A stretch of DNA of 64,000 nt from Lingula anatina. Taxonomy: Eukaryota; Animalia; Brachiopoda. The stretch lies in assembly GCA_051362555.1 (NCBI GenBank), contig CM120641.1, positions 3,038,001 through 3,102,000 of the forward strand. The letters run 5' to 3'. The notes beneath the pieces were generated by a model, which was not told where the DNA came from, ran no database searches, and worked only from the letters and a program-made list of their open reading frames with translations. The position numbers and the translations under genes are program-made. Shown here piece by piece: positions 1 to 11,250 of this stretch; position 1 is the stretch's first letter, and every line of letters begins with the position of its first letter.

Positions 1-300
1 ATACATCTATGGATTGCATCACCTTCCATGAAAATCAAAGTCAAATTGTGGTTAAAATGAACAGAATATTAGGTACTGCATAAGTTGGTAATGCTAGAAA
101 TTGGGTTTTTATCTTTGAAAAACTGTGCCCTTTTTAGCATAAGAAAATTTAGCAGGTGAATTTTCAAATATTTCCTATATAGTGTACACAAAAGAGAGAT
201 ATATCACAGAAAAGGAGATAATATCTTTATCTATTCATTTCATCAATCTAAATTTTCAGCATGTGGCTTACTACCAAATGCTGTTTGCTTATTTATTCAG

Positions 301-1420
301 ATTCCTATCTTTGAGACTCGTAGTGACGGCAGGGATAATCTTCTTGGTGCTCTCATTATGGCTGGAAACTACTGCATTCCAGAGGTAACACATTCTCAGT
401 GTGTATGTGTGTATTGATATGTATTCTGCACAAAGTCTTTTAATTGCTAAAAATGCAATATAAGTTAAGTTTCACATTCAGTATAATAATACTTAAAAGG
501 ATAAAGTCAGTATGAGATTGCAAATATTGATCTTTTTCATTAAGCAGCTTTTAAAGCATTTAATTTACTACATTGAAATGAATGAAAACCAAAGTTTTTT
601 ATGAACAAAGTACATACTTTATCCGGATCTTGATTCTATAGATTTTTTTTTATTTCTAGGTAATGATATTTTTCAACAATAAGCTTCTTAGAGGAAACCG
701 TTCAACCAAATTTGATAGTAGCAGTTTTGATGCATTCCATTCCCCAAACTTTCCTCCCCTTGCTGTTTTAGAGACTAAGATTCATGGTATGATATTTAAA
801 ACTTATAAAAATGTGTATTTGAAAGTATTAAGGTGAATATCATTTCTTCAGAAATTCCATTTTAAAAATAAATTGTTTATAACAAGTTTGATTCTTGTTT
901 TCTATCTCAGTTACAATGTACTAGATTGACTGTCTATTTTAGGTTTGTACCCATGATATGATTCACATGGTACAATATGTATTTCAAGTTTTTCTTGATT
1001 TTATGTTTACTTACAGTGGATTGGGATGAGATTTTTACAAGCAACACCACTCAAAAATGTACCCTGCATACAAACCTTTGTCCTAGTGTGGGATTACTCC
1101 GTCTTTTCCCCAGCATCACCACCGCTACGGTTAGTTGAATAAGTTCTTTTTAGTCAGGTTTGAAAGTTTAAATGTTCTATTGGGTTAAGATCATGAAAAA
1201 ATGCTAAAAATAAATGAAATAGTAAATATCCACGCTCTAAGGGAATTATATGGACAATTAAAAAAGATATTCACTAAATGTTTATTTATGCAGGTCATTA
1301 TATCATGTATGGATTTTATATAGAGAGAAATCAATGCTTTAGGTTCAAAGATGTCCAATGTCATAGTAAATTTTCAGATTTTGATAAGAATTTTGATTAT
1401 TTTTATTGATAAAGTTTAAA

Positions 1421-1464
<44 letters not shown>

Positions 1465-4400
1465 GGTTCGCCAGTTTTTGGCACCTCCACTCAAGGGAAT
1501 GGTCCTGGAATCCTACGGGGCAGGAAATGCTCCAGATTCCAGAAAGGACTTAATGCAAGTGTTCTCAGAGGCCACGGAAAGAGGAGTGCTGCTGCTTAAC
1601 ATCACCCAGTGTCACAGAGGCTCTGTTAACCCAAGTTATGCCACAGGAAAGGTTTGCTGATAATTAAGAAAAATACTCTTGAAAATGTTATTTTGTTTTT
1701 TGTTTTTTGACACCAATGCAGCAGCTAAGCTTGTGGCTTAGTGTGGTAAGATGTCCTAGGGACCACTCAGATTGAGAAGAGCCGAGTGCTAGTAAGGCCG
1801 TGACCTAAATATGGCGGACTTACACGAAGACCGCTTAATCCTGTAATGGTCTCTCCGCCTCTTTGATGCCTCCCCATGCGGCGTCCCTGAAGGGGCACAG
1901 TAATTAAATCTTGGCTCAATTCAACTGGTCGAGGGACAACGCGTGGGGAGGCGTGAAAGAGGCGGAGAGACCATTACAGAATTAAGCAGTCTCCCTTTCA
2001 TGTAGGTCCGCCATATTTAGGTCTTTACTAGCACTTTGCTCTTCTCAGTCTGAATGGTCCCCTACTTACATATTTTTAGAATACCCAATTCAGTTTGCAA
2101 AAATCAAAGGAAAACTATTATTTTAGATTTTATCAGTTAAGAACTTGTGCATACATATAAGACACTCACACTTAAAAACAAGGCAGCAAAGCTGTCAAAT
2201 GTACAGACAAAAAGAAGGAAAAAAACAAAATAGGGTACAGTCAATTCTGATGCAAAAGTACATTATGTTAAACTGCAAATTCAACATCAAATTTTAATTA
2301 TGCTCAACAGGTAATTCCAATGTAAGTAAAATGTGTAACAAGCATAAGGCTTCAGCCCCATAGGAGTTCAAGTTCACACTCTGAAAATGTATAACTTCCA
2401 GAAAAAGAAGTCAATTAGACTGCTTTTCTCAGGCTGCATTGTAGTCCTGTATTTCTTTTTTGAAAGTTTGGCAATCATAAGTAAGATGGTTTTCCCATAA
2501 TGGTTTTCATGACAGCAGCACCCAAAATTGTGAGTTCTTCTATTCTGATACAATATTACATAACGGTTAACAGCATAATGACAATCAATTTTTAATAATA
2601 AAATAAAGGTATCATGGATTTTCAGAAAATGTGACTAGCATGGGTCTTCAAGCCTGTGGAACTTCAAAGTCACACCTTGAAAATGCCAATATGTGAAAAA
2701 TTAAACTTTCACAAAAAATCTGTTTAACCGGCAGAAAGAATTACCAAACAGATTGCATTGCCTACTGAAGCTGTATTTAAGTCCCATGTTTCTTTCTGTA
2801 AGTTTGAGAACAGTAAATGACATGGTTTTCCTTAAATGGTCATCATGGGAGCAGTGCCCAAAATAGGTTTATTTTCAAATTTTGATGCAATATTACATTA
2901 TGTTTAACAGCATAATGATCATCAATTTTTAATAATATCATGTATATTCAGAAAATGTGACTAGCAAAGGTCTTCATGCCCATGGAACTTCAAAGTGACA
3001 CCTTGAATATGCCAAAATGTAAACTAGACAGCACTGTGCTGAAATGGGTTTATTTCCATTTTTAACACTTTTTTAATATAAGATGAAATAAACAGTTTAC
3101 TGCCATTTTTATATGATCAACTAAGAAAATTGATGAGATGGGACAAATATCAATAGAACTGTGTCAAATGTCCAATTTCCTCCATTCTGACATTCTGAAC
3201 ATAGTAAATGATTGAATCTGACTGATATGAGTTTATTTCCATTTTTGACACTTTATTACACAATACACGATAACAAGTTTACCATCATTTCTACATAATC
3301 AACTAACAATGTTGTAAAGATGCAGGAAATGTCAAACAAACACTTCTATGTGTCTTATTAATTAAATAATAAGACTGTTAACATGCCTAAGAATTGAATT
3401 TGAGGAAATGTGAAAAAACAGCATGACTTCTAAAACAATGGCCCGATTATACTAATTTTCAAACTCAACCTGCATTTTAGTAAGATTGACCACTCCTGTG
3501 AGTTTAATGACAATTGGTCTATCTGTTTTTCTTATATTGTGTTTACAGTGTTGCATATATGCTAAAAAGTGAAAAAACAGCGTAACTACTAAAATAGTGG
3601 CCCGATCATGCCGATTTTCGAACTTGGCCTGCGTTTTAGTAAGATTGATTACTCCTGTGAGTTTCATGACAACAGGCCTATCGGTTTTCCTTAAAATGTG
3701 TTAACAGGGTTGCATATATGCTGAAAAGTGAAAAAACAGCATAACTTCTACAATAATGGCCAGATCATGCTGATTTTCGAACTTGACCTGCGTTTTATGA
3801 ATATTCATCAGCTCTGTAAATATAAAGCCAAAAAGTAAAACTGCCCTCCACTTATCGTGTTAACAAGGAAAGTGCACGGCGCCGGCATCGGCATCGGCGA
3901 CGGCGACGACGGCGACGACAGACGCAGGTGATGGCAATATGTACAGACACATCTGTGTCTGTACATAAAAATAAAAGATGAAAAGTATTTTTATTTTGCA
4001 TATGTCCTTAATACACCAATAGATTTGTTAGTTATTGACCTGTGATTTGTATTTTATATTTCCAGGCTTTGATTGATGCAGGCGTGATCCCAGGCTCCGA
4101 CATGACACCTGAGGCAGCACTGACCAAGCTGGCCTTTGTAATAGGAAGAGAAGACTGGAGTTTAGAGCACAAGAGGAAGGTAAGAGGAATGTGTTTTACT
4201 ATTATTATTATTTATTTTATGATTTAAAAGACTTTATGAAATTTTAATTGTGAATCAAATATTAATGCGCTTGCTAAAGGAATAAAGGGTTTAAAGGGGC
4301 ATCCCTGTTGTCATAGCAACAACTACGTATTTTAGTTTGATAGAGAGTATTTGTGCAATGAAGTGAATGTTCAGGGAATCTTTTTATGTACAGACACAGA

Positions 4401-7400
4401 TGTGTCTGTACATATTGCCATCACCTGCGTCTGTCGTCGCCGTCGCCGTCGCCGATCATGTCGCCGTCGCCGTCGCCGTGCACTTTCAGCGTTAACACCA
4501 TAAGTGGAAGACAGTTTTACTTTTTGGCTTTATATTTACAGAGCTGACTAATATTCATAAAACGCAGGTCAAGTTCGAATATCAGCATGATCGGGCCATT
4601 ATTGTAGAATTTATGCTGTTTTTTCACTTTTTAGCATATATGCAACACTGTTAACACATTTCAAGGAAAACCGATAGGCCTGTTGTCATGAAACTCACAG
4701 GAGTAATCAATCTTACTAAAACGCAGATCAAGTTCGAAAATCGGCACGATCGGGCCACTATTTTAGTAGTTATGCTGTTTTTTTTCACTTTTCAGTATAT
4801 GTGCAACACTGTTAACACATTTCAAGGAAAACCGATAGACCTGTTGTCATGAAACTCACAGGAGTAATTAATCTTACTAAACTTACTAAACTAAATCAGG
4901 CCATTATTTTATACGTTATGCTGTTTTTTCACATTTCCTCAGATTCAATTCTTAGGCATGTTAACAGTCTCATTATTTAACTAATAAGATTCGTAAAAGT
5001 GTTTGTTTGACATTTCCTGCATCTTTACAACATTGTTAGTTGATTATGTAAAAATGATGGTAAACTTGTTCTCATGTATTGTATAATAGAGTTTCAAAAA
5101 TGGAAATAAACTCATATCATTGCAGTTTGTCAGATTCATTCATTCACTATGTTCAGAAACTCAGAATGGAGGAAATTGGACATTAAACACTGTTCTATTG
5201 ATATTTTTCCCATCTCATCAATTTTCTTAGTTGATCATATATAAATGGCAGTAAATTGTTAATTTTGTTATATGTTAAAAAATTGTTCAAAATGGAAAAA
5301 ACACATTTCAGGACAGTGCTGTCTTGTCTACATTTTGGCATTTTCAAGGTGTGACTTTGAAGTTCCTTGGGCCTGAAGACCTTTGCTAGGAACATTTTCT
5401 GAATATCCATGATACTAATATTTTATTATTAAAAATTGATGGTAATTATCCTGTTAAACATTATGTAATATTGCATCAAAATTTGAAGACACCCCTATTT
5501 TGGACACTGCTCCCATGATGACCATTTAAGGAAAACCATGTCACTTACTGTTCTCAAACTTACAGGAAGAAACATGGGACTTAAATAAAGCTTCAGTGGG
5601 CAATGCAGTCTATTTTGGTAAATTTTTTTGGCAGTTAATCAGTTTTTTGTGAAAATTTAATTTTTCACATATTGGCATTTTCAAGGTGTGACTTAAGAAC
5701 CTCCACGAGCTTGAAGACCCATGCTAATCACATTTTCTGAAAATCCATGATATGGATCTTTTATTATTAAAAACTGATGGTCATTATGCTGTTAAGCATT
5801 ATGTAATATTGCATTAAAATAGAAGAAAACACAATTTTGGGTGCTGCTGCCATGATGACCATTATGGGAAAACCATGTTACTTATGATTGTCAAACTTTC
5901 AAAAAAGAACAAAGGACTAAAATGCAGCCTGAGTTGGAAAAGCAGTCTAATTGGCTTCTTTTTCTGGAAGTTATACATTTTAGTGAAATATTCATTTTTA
6001 TCATGTTGGCATATTCATTGTGGGACTCGAAGCTCCCATGGACATGAAGCCAAATGGTAATCAAATTTTTTACATGTCCATGCTATTTATAGTCAATAAT
6101 CAAAAATTGGTGATAATTATTCTGTAATTTATTATGTAATGTTACATCAATATTGACAAAAATCTTTTTGCACTGCTACTAAAAACATTATGAAAAGAAA
6201 ACTGTGTTACTTATTATTATTTTCAACTTACAAGTATGATTTGTAGGATTGGCATGCAGTTCAAATAAGAAAGCCAGCTCAATTGGGTTATCATTTATTA
6301 TTGAATTTAAGCAGTTTTATGTGAAATTTTCATTTTTCTCTTTCTGGCATTTTCAAAGTGTAAACTTAAACTCCCATGGGCCTAAAGCCTTACGCTTGTT
6401 ACACATTTCACTTACATTGGTATTACCTGTTGAGCATAATTAAAATTTGATGTTGAATTTGCAGTTAAGCATAATGTATTTTTGCATCAGAATTGACAGT
6501 AGCCCGTTTTGTGCATTGTTATTGTCTGCTTTTTGTCTGTACATTTGACAGCTTTGCTGCCTTGTTTGAAATTTGAAGCAATGCCTTTGTTTGGCACCCT
6601 GAGCTTCAGAGATAACTTGACACTAACCTCTTCACAATAGCCTATCTTCATCGTGTCAAGTTACCTCTGACGAAAATAGTTTGACCTAGTTTATATAAGC
6701 CAATCAAATCCCAGTTTCGAAAAATTTTCACCAAAGTTTGGTGAAAACGCTTATTGGTTGACCGTCAATCGGTAATCCTCGGCTGATTCCGCAAGCTCCA
6801 TACTAACAACAAAGTTATTGTCGAGTGCGGAGACATCCGAGTAGTGCCGAGTGCATAACCGTACACAAAAAGGATGGCGTCTTCTACGAGTGACTACGTA
6901 AAATAATTTGTTAAGTTATCTCTTGATTCTTTGCAAAATATGAGTATATCGGAATTGAAACCAGAGCAGTTTGAGGCCCTGCATCATTATCTACTGAGGG
7001 ATGATGTATTTTGCGTGCTGCCCACAGGTTACGGCAAGTCCCTGATATTGAGCCTTATCTCTGATTGGTCCGGATTTGAACAAAGTGCGCTTTGACTCGT
7101 TCGCGTTCATTGGCTAGATCGTTCAATGAGTCATTGAGTGCGGGCTTTAAATTTGATTGGCGGGCGGCGGGGGCAATCGAATGTGGTCAGAGGTAACTTG
7201 ACACGATGATGATAGGCTATAGAGAAGAGGTTAGTGTCAAGTTATCTCTGAAGCTCAGGGTGTTGTTTGGTGGAACATGTGAAAATATAGAACAAAAGGC
7301 TTTATCAAGATTTTCCCAGCAAGTGAGGGTTGCTGCAAGGAGTAGAATAGGAGACTGTGGCATATTTTGAGTAATGACTGTAGTGTGATGTGCATACATG

Positions 7401-9140
7401 TTTTTTGTTTTGTTTTGTAGAAGTTATCCCAGAACATCCGTGGTGAATTGAAAACTGCAAGGACAGAGAGCTTGGTGTCAGATTTCAAACTTATCGACAG
7501 TTTAGGCAAGCTGATGAAAATTAGCTCCAAAGAAGCAAGTTACTTTACTTTTATTATTATTTAAATTAATTGAGTATTGATTATTGTTCTCAATAAAATA
7601 ATCATCTAAGACATTCAAATGATGTTGTAATGCTTTAGGTAGAATATACCTTGATTAGTTATACAATTTCTTTGTTTCAGTACAAAGACTATACAGAAAA
7701 AATAAAAAGAAGAAACTTAATTTATGTTTGTGTTTTTATAGGAAATGCAAACACTGAAGGATGCCATATTTCCATCATTGATGTGCACTGCAGCCCAAAA
7801 TGGTGATCTGGCCGTACTCCAAAAAATTAGAGAAGGGGTTAGACATCTCTGTTTTCTTGTGCATATTGTTGTCTTCCTCAACTTTGAACAATTTTGCTTC
7901 ATATAAAGCACTCGATTTTTCTTGAATATATATTCTAAAATTTAAGGTGTCTATTTTTATCCTTAAACTTGAATTTGTCATAATTGTTATTATTACTATT
8001 ATTAGTCTTATGAAGAAGAATGATATGTCACACCTGTTGAAGATAATATGGTGATGCAATGCAGAATTATAGGTTTAAACCCCTTTTCTTTTTAATGTTT
8101 GAAATAAAGATTTCATTTCCTAAAGGGAGGTCACATAGGCATGGTGGACTACAGTGGCAGGAGTCCTCTTCACATTGCCTGTGGGAAAGGTCACTTCCAC
8201 ATTGTCCAGTATCTGCTACAGCATGGCGCTCCTCTCCATGTTAGGGACAACAATGGACGGTCACCTTTGTACGATGCAGTCAAGTTGAAACATCTTGATA
8301 TTGTTCGCCTGCTGGTTCAGACTGGAGCTCATTTGGTTCTACCCCCATATAAATTGGGCTCAGAGTTATGCCTGTAGGTTGAAATGAAAAAAGAAAATTT
8401 AAATTATAGCACTGATTTTTTCTAGCTACTGCTAGCTGTTATCAATCACTCAAAATTTTTGTTTTAGTCAAATAATGGATCATTTAATGATAAAAAGGGT
8501 ATACTTATAATCAGTTAAAAATTAAGGTAAATTAATTTTCTTTTTTTTTTTAGCTGAAGTGAGAAACATTTTTACCAATGGTAACATGGTTCTTTGATGT
8601 CTGTATGTAAATGCTTCAAAAAATTATTTTTCCTGATTTTTTTTAAAAATAGATATTTGACTAACTTTGTAGGTCTGCAGCTCAAGATGATGTGGATTCC
8701 CTCAAAGCTTGGGCTTTATCTGGTGCTAATCTAAGTCAGGGCGACTACGACGGAAGAACTGCACTACATGTTGTAAGGAAAACCTGTTAAAAACTCTTAC
8801 TATATACTTGTCATGTCACAAAATACTCATATTTCTTCACTGTGTAAATGAACATGGACGCTGAGACCTGCAACCCTTTTAATGTCCATTTTGAAATTTT
8901 GTCATATGACATTTGATTTAAAAAAAACAATTATTGGGTAATTTTTTTCAGGCAGCTTCTCATGGACATCAAGATTCAGTGGAGTTTCTGTTAGAACAAG
9001 GGGTAAGTGTCACAGCAGAAGATAGGTTTGGATATACTCCACTCAAGGAGGCAACTGCTAAAGGACACAGAGAAATCTCCAAGCTGATCCTGGACGCTGT
9101 GAAGCCCACTGTTAGCAGAAGCACTTCCACAGACACTTAA
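301..9140 (+). CDS. ASPG: ASPG paralogue copy 1 (L-asparaginase/60-kDa lysophospholipase with ankyrin repeats), 5'-partial: exons 5-14
   Basis: Phase-consistent exons 301-384, 660-786, 1017-1129, 1466-1651, 4066-4179, 7421-7534 (GC donor), 7742-7837, 8126-8373, 8673-8772, 8952-9140 (TAA). They translate to [33 protein letters not shown] and NIRGE, then ankyrin motifs [40 protein letters not shown]. Exons 1-4 lie upstream of the window. Confidence 0.93.
1424..1463. repeat. (ATT)n microsatellite directly before the exon 8 acceptor
   Basis: About 13 ATT units; shorter versions occur at the paralogous sites near 23798 and 44690. Confidence 0.9.
1759..2061. mobile_element. Foldback MITE, PIF/Harbinger-like
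   Basis: Imperfect long inverted arms GGGACCACTCAGATTGAGAAGAG...CTCTTCTCAGTCTGAATGGTCCC with 3-bp duplication CTA on both sides. Copy 2 has the empty site AATGTCCTACTTA near 24095. Confidence 0.8.
2176..3970 (-). mobile_element. Non-autonomous Helentron-associated element (HINE/DINE-1-like), copy A
   Basis: Reverse complement of 4381-6567 with the same terminal palindrome GTACAGACAC-ATCT-GTGTCTGTAC, (GGCGAC)n microsatellite, ~160-bp internal repeats and end motif GGCAGCAAAGCTGTC. Absent from the equivalent intron of copies 2 and 3. Confidence 0.78.
4381..6567 (+). mobile_element. Non-autonomous Helentron-associated element (HINE/DINE-1-like), copy B
   Basis: T-run, 5' subterminal ATGTACAGACA plus its inverted partner, (GTCGCC)n microsatellite, ~159-bp tandem units (4559, 4718), diverged ~340-bp units, 3' subterminal TGTCTGTACAT and short hairpin GACAGCTTTGCTGCC followed by TTGTTT. 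Inserted in a T-run with no target duplication; empty site GGGAATCATTTTGAAA in copy 2 near 24575. Confidence 0.8.
6595..7262 (+). mobile_element. Non-autonomous TIR DNA transposon with 8-bp TSD carrying a RecQ-like helicase N-terminal fragment
   Basis: About 78-bp TIRs CACCCTGAGCTTCAGAGATAACTTGACAC..., TSD TTGTTTGG (6587-6594 and 7263-7270). Internal frame 6874-7095 reads [58 protein letters not shown]. Confidence 0.85.
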
Positions 9141-10072
9141 CTTATTTATTGTCCTGTATGAATGTAATATAAAATATGAAAACACCTGATTGTGTGCTGC
9201 ATTTTAATAATGCTAATTATTTGCACTGTTTTGGTATTTTGACTATTTGATGAAAGAAGATATTGTGCTGTAAGATTACTAGTCCTAAGAGGCTTTTTTT
9301 CTTATCTTATAAATGTTTAAGGTACATTGCCTGTTTTAGAGTTTCCCATAGTCATACTTACTATGTCTGCAAATCCTGCAGAGCTACTGTTATTTCACAA
9401 TTCAGACCTAAAAAATTAAATATATGGGAAATCACAGTCTTCTAAATGAGTGGCCATTCATTTACTGTAGAACTATAACAATTACTCAAAATAGAATATA
9501 AAACCCAAGTGCAGGAGCAACTAAACAATGATTCTGAAGTAGGACAAAAAGCACATATGTACATAATTTCTATTATTAGTGTGTAGCATCTTTTTACAAA
9601 TACCAGGTATTTTTACCATACCAAATAATTCCAGTATGATAATTATCAGTGCACGTCGACATACCTCAAACCATTTCAATTCCATTTTTAAATCTTTTTG
9701 CAAATTATATGTTGATGTATGAACATAACAGAGTATCTTTTATTTAATTTGACCTTCTGGAGGTACGTGTATATCGTTTTATTCCTTATTATATGAAGGT
9801 GTTTTTTAGTACGAATCTCAGATTTTCTTAGGGGAAGTTATTAGTTGCCATAAAGTGTCACAAAAATCCTGTTTATACTTTACAAGGTTAATTCTTAGGT
9901 TTTCTCATTCAGGTATTAGTATTCCCCTTTCATTAAAACAATTGTAAGGCTTTTTTGTAGGATAGGTACATTAAAGCTGAATGTGTGCAATATACCAATT
10001 ATCAAAGCTTTTTTGTTTTACCTTTTTTCACATTATAATTTGTTTCATCTTCATTCCAGGAAAAAGGTGTAC

Positions 10073-10074
<2 letters not shown>

Positions 10075-10124
<50 letters not shown>
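10075..10124. repeat. (TA)n microsatellite downstream of the copy 1 stop codon
   Basis: About 25 TA units. Confidence 0.95.
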
Positions 10125-10129
<5 letters not shown>

Positions 10130-10639
10130 TTTCCTAAAATATTTTTATTTGTCACAAACTATTAACATTGGTACATGCACTTGTATAACTGTTTTTAGAA
10201 ATTACTTCTCATTTTAAGTAATGTTGATTTTGCTTTAATTTATACATTTGTTTACCTGAAACAAAATAAAAAGTACACAGTTAACTTGTGTAAGTTTGTC
10301 ACCTAAAGCTTAATAAATTATATATGTTACTGTCTAGAAGTAATACTTTTTCTCATATGTTTCATCTTTAAATTGCTGCTCATGTGAACATTGCATGGTG
10401 TCTGTTTTCTGTAACTTGGTTTCTGGGGTGTTGAAAATGCAGAATATTTTTAAACACAAATGTGGGATTTCACTTCTCTTCGAGTTTTTAACCATTTAGA
10501 CCTGACGGATTTTCTCAGGTCCAGAACGACAGGCCTCGGATGCAAAGCCGACCATCGCCCCCTTGGTGTGGGTGACAAATTTTTGGTGTTTTGGAAAGCA
10601 CACAGTGCCCTTTGGAAAGCACACAGTGTCATTATACCC

Positions 10640-11250
10640 TTTTGTTTCTCAAAGAAATAGAGCGAGAAAACAGCATACTACGTACATATCGATTATTTAA
10701 AACAAATTATGAAAGGGAAGCGTACACAACAGCACCTATACCAAAACATGAAATGCAAAATTTGGCAAAATTTAGAACAGGGGCACATGACTTAGAAATC
10801 CAAAGAGGCAGATACCGAAAACCAAAATCAATACCCCCTGAAGAAAGGATCTGCAAGTTATGCTCAGATGAAGTGGAAAATGAAATACACTTTCTTTTAA
10901 AATGCCCCTTACTCACCAAACACAGGGAGATCCTAAAACCAGATCCTACACAAACCCCAGAGGGTCAGTTCAAATGCATAATGCAGTCAAACGATTTACA
11001 TGTTATAAAGAATGTGGCCCACTATATCACAATGTGTAATAAGGAAAGAAAAAATATTCTCAACCAACCACCACCTAGTCAACCAAAGTAACGAGCGTAT
11101 ACTGCAATTGTAAAATCTGATCACAGTTATTGTATAAACAATATTGTAATTTACTATTGTAATTTTAGTTATATGATTATATTATGTATACTGTTAGGTC
11201 ATAGTCATTGTAAAAAATGTACTTGAACCGCAATAAATAATAATAAAAAA
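10640..11250 (+). mobile_element. 5'-truncated non-LTR retrotransposon, ORF2 C-terminus plus 3' tail (RTEX-like)
   Basis: Open frame LAKFRTGAHDLEIQRGRY...ERICKLC...ENEIHFLLKCP (CCHC-type C-terminal motif), stop at 11091, then an AT-rich tail ending AATAAATAATAATAAAAAAA. Confidence 0.8.

Noticed and set aside
9981-10217. ORFs with YIYIYI runs
   Set aside because: Artefacts of the (TA)n microsatellite.
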